From positions 9,176,001-9,240,000 of the forward strand of contig CM022666.1 of NCBI GenBank assembly GCA_012295275.1: a DNA stretch of 64,000 nt, written 5' to 3'. Positions within the stretch are counted from its first letter, which is position 1, and each line of letters opens with the position of its first letter. The stretch is from Chrysomallon squamiferum. Taxonomy: Eukaryota > Animalia > Mollusca. This document shows positions 26,101 to 37,561 of this stretch, in pieces. A model generated the notes under the pieces. The model saw only the letters and a list, made by a program, of their open reading frames with translations. It had not been told where the DNA came from and searched no databases. The position numbers and the translations under genes were made by a program.

Positions 26101-29100
26101 GATGTTATAATAATTATATATTTAACAATGTTAACATTGTATTTATTTCAGTACTACAGTGAACTGGATGTTATAATAATTATTTATTTAACAATGTTAA
26201 AATTGTATTTAATTTAGTACTTCAGGAGCTGGATATTATAATAATTATGTATTTAGTAATGTTAATATTGTATTTATTTCAGTATTACAGTACACTGGAT
26301 ATTATAATAGTTGTAGATTTAATAAAGTTAACACTGTATTTATTTCAGTTCTGCTATAGTCAGGATATTATAATAGTTATAGATTTGATAATCTCAATGT
26401 TGTATTTACTTCAGTAGATGGATATTACAATGGTTATTGTTTAAACAAAGTTAATATTGTATTTATTTCAGTACTACAACTGATAAAAAATACAGCAGAC
26501 AACAGCAGACTGGATATTATAATAGAGGGAAAGAAGAAGACAACATACTATTTTGAAAATGCTCACACGAGAGAAAACTTCTGTTTACAGATTCAGCAGA
26601 TGAAAAGCCTTCATTCAACCAATTCAGAGGTTGATCAGATTTCTATTTTCATAGGAACATGGAACATGGGTAAGTTGCACACTAGTGTTTTGTGTGCGTG
26701 TGTAAACTGTGTATGTTTATATTTAGTGTATTTTATAGTGTAGTAGGTTTATAATTTTAAACAAAAACAAAATCTGTTTCTATGACCTATTCACAGCAGA
26801 TTAAAAATTATGTTTCTGTTAACAGCACACTGTACGCTAACATTGTTAATTTTGATGCAAAAATAATAATTACATAATGTTGGACTGTGTTTTAGGAAAT
26901 TCGAGTCCAGTGAACATCTTGAAGTCATGGTTGACATGTGAAGGTGATGGGAAATGTCATGATAGTGTCATGTCAAAGATTCCTCATGACATCTACGTCA
27001 TCGGCACACAGGAGACAGGAGCCAGTGAGAAAGACTGGGTGAACCGACTGAAATCTTCTCTCAGAACTTACCTCAACCTGGATGTAGACTTGGTATGTTT
27101 CATATACTTACCTCAAAGTAGAAGCAGACTTGGTATGTTTCATTTACTTAACTCAACCTGGAAGCAGACTTGGTATGTTTCATTTATTTACCTCAACCTA
27201 GAAGTAGACTTGGTTCGTTTCATTTACTTACCTCAGTTACATACAATATTTTCATTTTTCTAAATTTAACTTTATCCAGAAATAGATTTATGTTTCATTT
27301 TGCTACCAGTCATAAATTTCATTCTCTTATACAAAATAGATAGACCTCCTGTTATGATTTACATGGTTTGTATTTTACAGAAGAATTCTAACATATTTAC
27401 TGAGTAACATCCAGACAAAATGTCACACAAGAGAGTACACATTAAATGTTGTATAGACATTTTTACATTTGTGATGTTTTCTTTTAGCTGGAGTCATCCA
27501 ATTTGTGGGGTTTGCGTCTTGTTATTCTGATTAACCCTGTCCACAGAAATGTCATCAGTCATGTGCAGAAATCTTCTGTGAAAACAGGCATTGCCAACAC
27601 ACTCGGTTTGTACAACTTACTATGTGTCACTTTGTTTACCAAGTTTACAGGACTCAGTTACTGTGCTTCAGTATCATAGTGAAACAGTTCACACCATTCA
27701 GAGGATTGTTCTCATTACTTATTTATTTATTTACTTGTTTGCAAGTTTGTTGCTTTACTTTTTTATTAATTTGTTTATTTGTTGCTTTATTTATTGTTTT
27801 ATTTATTTGTTGCTTTGTTTATTTATTTATTTATTGGATTTTTTTTTTTTTTTTTTTCTCTATAGGTAACAAGGGTGCAACAGCAATATCTTTCCAGTTC
27901 AATGGAACATCACTTTGTTTTATTAACGCTCATCTGACATCTGGAGATGAGAGACTGGAGAGGTTAGAAATATTTTATTGTTAATCATGGAACAACTGTC
28001 TGTTTATCTTATTAACATTGCTTCAAAAGTTACCTCTCAGATTAGAAAATGTGTTTTAGCATTATCTATGATTCCTTGTCATAAAGTTTTTGTGTTGTAA
28101 AAGATTCAGGATACGTATTAATTGTTTTTAGTAAAATTTATTTGTTTGGTTATAACTTGGTTATAATTTTTAGCTTCAAATTTTATTTATTTAATTATTA
28201 TTATTAGTTTATTCTTTTTTTCTTTCATTGATTCTATGTTGTTTTGGTTTTGATGTTTTGTTTATTATTTATTTGTTTGTTTGTTTGTTTGTTTACTTTA
28301 CTCAGGAGAAACAATAACTTCAGGGATATTCTCAAAGGTCTTTCACTGGGAGTTAAGAATCTGGAAGGTTTTGATGTCACACACAAATTTCACCACGTTT
28401 TTTTCTTTGGAGATCTCAACTACCGACTGAATGAGAAAATTGATGTTTGTATTTTATTATTATCCTGTGTTTGTATTTAATAAAAATTGAAAATAATAAT
28501 AAAAATAATTTTCAGACTATTCTGTTTAAGATATTTGTATAGCAAGAAAATTCATATTAATTTAATAAATAGGCTTTTTGAAAATAATTTAAATTAAATA
28601 AATTTATATTATTAATAATCACAAATATTATTTAATTTATTTTTTTTTTATTAATTTTTATTTATTTAGTTTAAAAAAAAAATTGTTTTCAGTTGTTTTT
28701 GTTTATTTTATTTTATTTATTTATTTATTTATTTTGTTTAATACTAGTATTTTAACTTAAAATAAAAATTTTGAAAATACATTATTAACAATAGTATGAT
28801 TTCATATATTTCTATTCATTTATTATTATTATTATTTTAAATGTTATTATTTATTTTTATTTATGTATTTATTTGAATAATTTATATATATGTTTCAGGT
28901 GATTCTGAAAAAGACAGAAGAAGGTGATGTGGCATTTCTGCTGGAGAAAGATCAGCTGAGAAAAACACAGTTTAAAAAGAATGCTTTTTATGGCTTCAGT
29001 ATGTTTTACTCAAGTTTACACAATATTAGTGCTTTAACTTGGACTATTTTCATTTTGTTTTTTGGGGGTTTTTTGCCATTTTTATATTTTCATAAATTTT

Positions 29101-32100
29101 TTTTTTTAAATGGTAAAGAAGAATAAAATGTGAATACATGATTAAAATGAAAAATTAAATAAATTATTAAGGCAATAAATGGATATAGGAGTAACTGAAG
29201 AAAAATAAAGAAACAATAAGAAATCATGAAATCAATGAATTAAAGATTTAAAAAAAGATAAATAAATAAATAAATTAATAATGATTAGTAAGAAATAAAT
29301 GAATAGAAAATGGAATAAATAAATAATAAAGAATGATTTAAAATCAGAAGAGAAAATGACTGTTTCAGGTGAATCAGAAATCACATTCCTGCCCACATAC
29401 AGACTATATCGACAGAGACCTGGATACAGTTATGACTGGAAGAAAATTAGGAAAACAGGAGTGAGTGCTACTCAGAATAATAATTTAAAAAACAGGAATA
29501 TTTTACTTTACAGTGTAAACACAATTATCACAAAAGAAAAGAGTTCTTTGTTTCAATGTAAACATAAAATAAAAAATGAGTATAACAGGTTGCTGAGATG
29601 CTGGGTCTGAAGATTGTTAGATTTCAAAGGGTTGTATTTCAAAAGTATAGTTACTATTGACATTTTTAAGAACAGTAATAACAACAAAAATTAAAAATAT
29701 ACTGCATGTGTGTGTGTGTTTACATAGTTTTAGATTTGTAATAGATTTTAAAAATGTAGAAAAGCTTTTTATAGGATATTATTGTTGACATGTTTTTACA
29801 TAATATTATTAGCAAGCAGCTTTTTTGAAAATCATTTCAGCAGATCAGAGCAGCACTTTCCACTGACTTAGTTTTCTAACAATCTACCAATCTAAGCATC
29901 CAACAGTTAACATTCTGATAACAAATAATAGTAGTAAATTGTGGATTAAGTGTTTAATTTGCCCTTGACTCAAGTATAGGATAATGTCTGAGATCTCAGT
30001 TAGCTGTGCAGGTGAATCTCATTTGAGGCTTTTAGACTGAAATAACATTCATGAGTAGCAAACTAATCCTGAAATTGAGGGCATTATGTTACTCACAACA
30101 AAGTTAGGTGAACATTAGTATGTATTGAAATGTCTGAGAAACTTTGTATGGTACCTCTTTTTTATAATCAAATTTCAGTTGGGAAATCAAAAGAAATTGT
30201 TTTATGCATGAATGTGTTGTTATTGTTGAACATCTGGTGTCCTTTGGTACTTGATAGCCTCAGACAATTTAATCTCAGTCAGTGCTGAACTATTTGACAA
30301 TTTCTATACATTACTGAGCTAACTTAGGAGACCATTTGAGATGTTGTGATACCAACTAATGTTCACCTGACTTAGTTTTAATATTAGATCTCTGAATTTC
30401 TTTATGCATTAATAGTCTAAATGTTAACATCTCACATTAAAACATATATTCATAACAGTATGTTTCTTTTATTGTCTCACCATTTACTCTCATTATAAAA
30501 TAAAAGAGCCCATACTTCAGATAAAATACATATAATTAATATCTTTTAAAAATGTTTTGAATTTTTGTAATCCATAGAGGTCATTCCGTGTCAAATCACC
30601 CAATGGGTTAACCCTGACCGTCTCAGATTTTTATAAAACTTGGTATACTTGTTGACTGGGATCCCACAGCACCAAATCTGAAATATTAGCCCAGTCGGAT
30701 CAGTGGTGTGGGAGATATGGCCCACCGAATTTTGCGATTTTTGGCAAAAATGGGCGTGACCACCAACCTTAGAACCCTCATATCTCAGGAACTACTGGGC
30801 CAATCTTCATAAAATTGGTATTGTTGAAAAGGCAATATGACAAGGATTCCAAATCTGCCATTTTTGTTCAGTTTGGAAAATAATGGATACATTGACCTGT
30901 TAACCTTTGCTATGACCTCGAATTTGACCGTGTGGATCACGTGACCTTGAGATTACCTTTATTGAAATTTAATCTCCAACATATAAAAGTTTCCTGGGTG
31001 TAATATTTTTTGTTTACCACAAAATAGATTTAAAAAATGCACATATATGAAAATAACACCTTTTCAGCCATTAACATCTGATTAACTAAAATGTGAATGA
31101 TCAATTCTGGATGCTAGGAATCGCCATCTTTCTTTTTAAACAAAAAATATTACACCCAGGAAACTTTTATATGTTTTGGTTAACATGTGGGAGATTAAAT
31201 TTCAATAAAGGTCATCTCAAGGTCACATGATCCACACGTTCAATTTCAAGGTCATAGCAAAGGTGAATAGGTCAATGTACTCCATTATTTTCCAAACTGA
31301 ACAAAAATGGCAGATTTGGAATCCTTGTCATATTGCCTTTTCAACAATACCAATTTTATGAAGACTGGCTCAGTAGTTCCTGAGATATGAGGGTTCTAAG
31401 GTTGGTGGTCATGCCCATTTTTGCAAAAAATCGCAAAATTCGGTGGGCCATATCCCACACCACTGATCCGATTGGGCTAATATTTCAGATTTGGTGCTGT
31501 GGGATCCCAGTCAACAAGTATACCAAGTTTTATAAAAATCTGAGACGGTCAGGATTAAATTTTTTTTTGGGGGGTGTGATTTTACAAACAAACACCCCAT
31601 TATAGACAATAAAAAATGCAATAAATTTAAATAATTAAAATTTCAGAAAAAAGATTTTCTCTCATTTTTTGATGACATTAAGTGCTCAGTGCACTCATTC
31701 AGTGACAAGAACTGTGAGATGAGTAAAGAGGTGAGCACAGCTTGCAGCTTGTTTCCTTCCCCCTCTGCTTGTTTTCTGTCTTTCTGGTTTTAACACATAC
31801 ATTTTCAGCAGTTTAAGCAGGCATGCTAGAGCCATATAGCAGTTTGACTTTTATTTCACTTTTGTGTGGTTTTTAGCTTGTTTTATGTTACTTCTTGGGA
31901 AATGGGTTTATTTCTAAAACTGGACTTGCTTGGTTTCGGTTTGTATCTTCTTTTCTTTAAGAAAAAATAAACAGAAACATTTTTGCTAGTAATTTATTTA
32001 ATATTGACAAAACAAACAGAAGATTCTGTATTTATAAAAATAAGAATGCATATACAACAGCACATACTTTGGTTTTTTTTGGTTAAGCAGAAATTTTTTA

Positions 32101-35100
32101 TTTAAACTTATTAATACAATTTTATATGTATATCTAGTACTGTAAAGTTTGTTTTTCATGAACTAACCTCATGTTATTTCATGTTTCAAATAGATATAAA
32201 ATCTCTGACCTTAATTATAATGCAAATTTTAATAAGTCTTGGTTTTATTTAGTGTTAATAATATTTTGTTAACATTTTTGCCACTTTAAATAAAAAAGTT
32301 AAAGAAATCTGCATGCATGGCTTTTACAAGTTTGCATGATGTCTTCTGATTATAAGAGTTTGTTATTCTCACCATTCCAAACACTGAGGGTTACTGTATT
32401 GTGGTTTTGGAGGGTATTTCGAGATTGGTTTTAGCAGCTGTCTGTGAGTATTAATGTTGTTGTTAGTACATGTGCATGATTCAGAAGGTTACTCAATGTA
32501 TGTTGGTGTATAAAACACTGAGTCACTGTAAGTATTGATATTGCTTTTGTCAGTACATAATTCAGAAGATTACTAAATGTATGTCAGTGTATAAAACACT
32601 GACTCACTGTCTGCAGTTATTGATGTTTCTTGATTCAGAAGATTGCTCAATGTATGTCAATATGTAAAACACTTAGTCTCTGTTTGGAAGTACTGATGTT
32701 GTTGTTGTCAGTACATATGTATGATTACACAGTGTATGTCTAACCACTGATGCTGATGATGATAGATTTTATTTTTAAATTTCCAATATCATCTCTTACA
32801 TTAACTGTACTTTTTTCTTCATATTTTTCATTTCTTTATTTTTAATTTTAATTTTTATTATCTTTTTTAATTATTTAACTTTATATTTTTAGGAAAGAAT
32901 AAATGTCCCATCTTGGTGTGACAGAATTCTCTGGCACTCCTATCCTGGCACATTTATAGAGAATCATGCATACGGTAAGATGAAATTAATTTTCAACTAA
33001 ATATTTTTTATATTATAATTCTATAAGTAATGATATTACATTGAGACAGTGTAACATAAATGACTAATAATCTTCACTGTTGTTATCAAAAAATTATTAA
33101 TTAATTTATATGACTAATAGTGAGTTCAGATTTTATTATCCACCGCTGAAAAAATTAAATATGTCAATGATACAGAGATTAATCAGTATTTATTGGACAT
33201 GTTCTTAATTAAATGTATGAGGCGATGAGACTAATTTAGCTTTTTAAACAGAACTTTGAAATATAATAAAATTTATATTTTGATTCAAATTTCTATTTGG
33301 ATTATTAAGGCATCCTCGGAAATAAGTTCTGTTTTAAATATTCAGGCACAGCTACAAATCTGCTGAACAGTGACCACCGTCCAGTGTTTGGGTCATTCAC
33401 AATTGGCATTGCTTCACAGTTTGTTCAGAACCGTGCTTCCATACTGGAAAACAGCACCATCAAAATTCTTTTCAAAGAAATCAGAGCACAGGTGATTTTA
33501 ACAAATCTTTTATTGTTTGTTTCATAAAACATTCAAATTTTTTTTTTTTCTATTAGTTAATCTCTTTAATGTAATCAATTAAAAAATAATTGCATTTTAT
33601 TTATTTGTTTTGTGAAAAAAAAAAATCATTTTTTTTTCAGTTATCTGTTTCTGTCATTTAATAGTTCATATTTTATTTATTTATGTGACAAAGGGAAACA
33701 TTGAAAATATTTTTCTTAAATGCATGTTGTATTTCAGTAAATATATTGGTTATAATTCATTGAATATGCTTGTATAATAATTCATTAATTACAATTTAGT
33801 GGGTATTTTGTGTTATAATTCAGTTATTTTATGTTATAATTCAGTTATGATTTGTGTTATAATTCAGTAAACATTTTGTGTTGTAATATAGTTGATATTT
33901 TGTGTTATAATAGAGTTATACTTTGTATTATAATTCTGAAAATATTTAGTGTCATATTTTAGTGTTATAATATTTTTAGGTGAAGACATGCAACAAACAA
34001 CATTTTATTTTAGAGTTTTACTCTAGCTGTCTGCCAAGTAAGTTTTACACCTCACTGTATTTCCTTCTTTTTTTTTTTATCTGACTTGGTGATAGAAAAA
34101 AAATAAATACATTAGCTTCTTCATTTAATTTCAGTTTACTTAAACACTCTTAAACATTGAGACATTTTCATACATAACTTTACATTTATCTAGAACTTCA
34201 TGTTTCAAATCCTATTGTTTCTTAATACTATTTTCTTCTATTATATTGATTATCTTTTGTTTATGCTGTTATGATCAGCTTGTTATTGCTGTTATTTTTG
34301 CTGATATTGTAGCTTTTATTACTGTTGTTATTATTATCATCATCATCTTAAAACATTTTATCTTTTTTTAATATATTAGCATTGTTGTTAATTTATTATT
34401 ATTATTATTATAATTTTTGTTGTTGTTATTATTATTTATATTTTTGTTATTAATATTGTTATTATTATAGATATTATATTTTTTGATATTGTTGTTATTA
34501 TAGATATTATTTGCTGTGAATCGAACTCAAAGTTTGATGAAAGTGTGAGTGAGTTCTCTTGTTGTCCAGTGTGGGTGAAAGACAACTTACCAGAAGTGAG
34601 TAAATTTAAAATTTTTATTAAGGTGAATCACAGTTTTCAGAAGTCACAAGTTTCACTAATAAAAGAATGTTGAGGGGGGAAAAAATATACTATCTATTTA
34701 TCTATCTGTCTGTATATATTACCAGTTTGTAAGAAATATAAAATGAAATGTAATTAAATAATCTGAGTTTTATATTACACTGGATCAATTTATTTTTTGT
34801 GTTTTACATATTTTATGCCAAATTGTATTAATTTTTACTGATTGTATTGTATATGTAATGAAATGGTAATTTTGTTAAATTTATCTTGTAAAATGAAATG
34901 ATAATTAATCTATTTGTTATTTTGAAATGAAATGAAATGTTAACTAATTTATTAGTTATGTTAAAATGAAATGTTAATCTGTTAGTTATATTAAAATGGT
35001 AATTTATTGATGATGTTAACATTTCAGCTCACTCCTCTGTTTAACTCACGAGAGTTTCTTGAAGAACAACACATTCTCATAGCTGTGAGGAGTTCAGGAG

Positions 35101-37561
35101 ATGATGATGAGTCATATGGTAAGCTTGGCTAGATTGGGAAAATAATTAATAATTATAAAACTGCCATTACTGGAGATATTTTTAATTTAGCTTAAAGTCT
35201 ATATCAAGAAATATAAATTAAAGAAAATAAATAAATAAAAATGCATGTTTATTTATCTGGTTATGTGTGTGTGTGTGTGTATACTATGAATGATACCTGA
35301 ATACATTTCTCTAGTAACAGTGATTATTAACTATCACTTATGATTTGGTGTTGCTACACTAAGACCACTTTACTGATTAATGATAAATACTGGACATGTA
35401 AAGATTGGAGTATTGTTTGGAATGGGGGAAGAAGTCCAATTGATTCACTACATTTGAGACAACCACAGTATGAGAACTACATCTTCTGTATAAATTCTGA
35501 TTAAAAACATATTTAAATAAATATGTGAAATGGATGTCAGTAAGAAAAGTTGTATTGTTGTTTTTCCAGGAGAGTGTGTCATTTCTCTGAAGAACATGTT
35601 TTCACCAGAGTTCCAGCACTTTGATGCTGTCCTCACACACAATGGAGAGGAAACAGGAAAAATAAGGTTTAAAAAAAACCCAATTTAAATCTTAAGTGAT
35701 ACACACAGATTTTTGTAACAATATATATTTGAGAACAAATGTCTTAAATTATTCTAGTAATAACAGTAGTAGTAGTAGTTTAGTAATGATAGTAATAGTA
35801 GTAATAATAGTAGTAGTAATGATAGTGTATTAGTAGTGATTGTAGTGGTAATAGTAGTAGTAATAATCTTGGCAGCAGTAGATGACAGAACTAATAATCA
35901 TGCTAGATTAGAAATAACATCAGTTGCAGTAATTATAGTACTAGTAATTATAGTAATAAATAAAATATAAAACATTAATTTTCAGAGGTGAAATGAGGAT
36001 TTCTATGGGTGGAAAGTACAAAGTTGGAAAGAACAGAAAAACATACGGTAAGATTGATTTCAATATTCAAATTATTTTGTCTATGTAAAGGTATGTTTGA
36101 AGTGTATGAGTTAGTAAAATCATGTTACCTAAGAATATTTTGTAGATTTCCAAATTCACAAATTAGAATGTGTAAAAAAGTTCTTTAAATATTTATCTAA
36201 AGAATAAATAATTAAAGAGTATTTTTTTAATTATTATTGTCTAACTTGTTAATCAAACTCTTTTTTAATTAATTTTAATAAAACAATATTGTCAACAGAA
36301 AAAGTTTGTAAACTGACAAAATAAAGTCTGGAACTCATAATTAATAAATTAAAACTTTGAAGTTAAATTGTTTCTATAATTATCTAAAGATTTTCTAATT
36401 AAATACTTTATAAAATAATTATTATTATTTAACTGTCACACACAGAAATTGTGGCACTTGACACTGAATACCAAGACCCAGAAGAATTTTTATCAGGGTT
36501 TCCTCGTCAAGCCTCGAAATCAGAAGCGTTTATCCAACCTCCAGTGTATGAGAACACATCACAAATGAAAACAAGACCAGCATCACCAGTCCCACCTCCA
36601 CGTTCTCGTCAGAGCAGTGAAGACATGAGTGGTATCCCATCAGATCACCATCTCAACATCTCATCTTCAGCTACAAACAGCACCTCTGCAGGAAAACCGG
36701 CAAATGGGCCAACAGCCACACAAGTCAATGGGCCAGGAGGGAAATATGCCAATGTACCGACAGGTATACAAGCCAGTGGGCCAACAGGGAAACAGACAGC
36801 TCCAAGACGGTCAAAGCCAATAATGGGCCAGTCAGTTTTGCAGGCCTCACAGTGGCAGGTGATGCCAGTTGTGTCTTCTGCCTCTAACATCTCAACCACA
36901 CGATGCAGTGAGCCTAGCTTTTCCTCTGAAACAAGTGCTAGACAAGGACTTGATGAGAAAAAATCTAACTTAGCTCCACCCCTACCCAGAAAACAAAAAC
37001 ATCTTGTGGTATGTACATTTTAAAATAGAAAACGTTCAACTGTATAAATTTTTCTAAATTGTTCACCTTTAACAGATTAAATATGTTTAGCTTATAAAAC
37101 ATTAATTTTATTTTAATTTTTCGTTTTCTTTAGCTCAGTTACATTGTGTTCAGACAACATTTTAAATACATTTCTATTGATTAGAACAAAAATGTTATAG
37201 AAATCATTGGATACTTATATAAACTGGTTATAAATAAATTATTATGTTTTTGTGTAAAATGGTTATAAATAAAATATTATGAATGTTTTGACTTGTTTGT
37301 ATAAACTGGTTATAAAGTAGTATGTGTATTTTAAAATTTGTGTTTCAGACAGAGGTGAATTATGAAGGTTTGAACAAACCTACTACAGTACAGGACTGGC
37401 TGTCTGGGATTGGTTTAGAAGAGTTGTTGTCAGTTTTTCTCAAACACGGCTGGGACAACATCTCTCGTCTGCCCACTCTGACTGCACATGAACTGATGCG
37501 AATGGGAATTCAGAGCACAGAACATCGCAATCGAATTATGATCAGTCTACAAGACTTGTAA
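20227..37561 (+). CDS. INPPL1: SH2-domain inositol polyphosphate 5-phosphatase, SHIP2-type (SH2, PH-related, 5-phosphatase, C2, Pro-rich, SAM), about 1140 aa
   Basis: 25 phase-consistent exons: 20227-20351 (GISRLRAEELL...DGSFLIRDSES), 20765-20828, 21098-21245, 22271-22409, 23288-23428, 23903-24008, 24546-24623, 24956-25099, 25917-26049, 26472-26669 (IFIGTWNMG), 26896-27092 (DIYVIGTQE), 27488-27605 (VKTGIANTLG), 27866-27962 (NKGA...NAHLTSG), 28306-28444 (FFGDLNYR), 28899-28998, 29369-29460 (FLPTYR), 32893-32974 (PSWCDRILW), 33346-33491 (SDHRPV), 33980-34037, 34504-34595, 35028-35118, 35570-35666, 35986-36047, 36446-37008, 37349-37561 (SAM: DWLSGIGLEE...HRNRIM). The start codon is tentative. 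Confidence 0.93.
21240..21835. repeat. ~30-bp minisatellite (about 19-20 copies) seeded by the donor of INPPL1 exon 21098-21245
   Basis: Unit acattctgttatatcatatctttaattgtt resembles the junction agattctg|gtatatgtttaattatt. Confidence 0.85.
26070..26525. repeat. ~66-bp tandem repeat of the acceptor of INPPL1 exon 26472-26669
   Basis: Six variants of attgtatttatttcagtactac...ctggatattataata precede the real acceptor, with AGs ending at 26085, 26151, 26217, 26282, 26348 and 26414; the real AG ends at 26471. Confidence 0.92.
27066..27235. repeat. 40-bp tandem repeat of the donor of INPPL1 exon 26896-27092
   Basis: acttacctcaacctggatgtagacttg|gtatgtttcat repeated, with GT at 27093, 27133, 27173 and 27213. 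Confidence 0.93.
30577..31597. mobile_element. ~1-kb palindromic MITE of the same Sola2-like family as 9797-12088, in opposite orientation
   Basis: Left end GAGGTCATTCCGTGTCAAATCACC; near-perfect inverted arms of ~450 bp (about 30610-31020 and 31135-31560); shares ttggtatacttgttgactgggatcccacagcaccaaatc with the other copy; TSD degenerate (cata/catt). Confidence 0.88.
32438..32735. repeat. ~70-75-bp tandem repeat (about 4 copies) starting at a donor-like CT|GTGAGT
   Basis: gattcagaagattactcaatgtatgtc.gtgtataaaacactgagtcactgt..gtattgat recurs. Confidence 0.8.

Noticed and set aside
26070-27235. Regularly spaced repeats resembling CRISPR arrays
   Set aside because: The intervening sequences are homologous to each other rather than unique spacers; eukaryotic introns; no cas genes.
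31387-31605. 72-aa ORF (and the similar 9885-10115 ORF)
   Set aside because: They lie in transposon inverted-repeat arms; no coding motifs.
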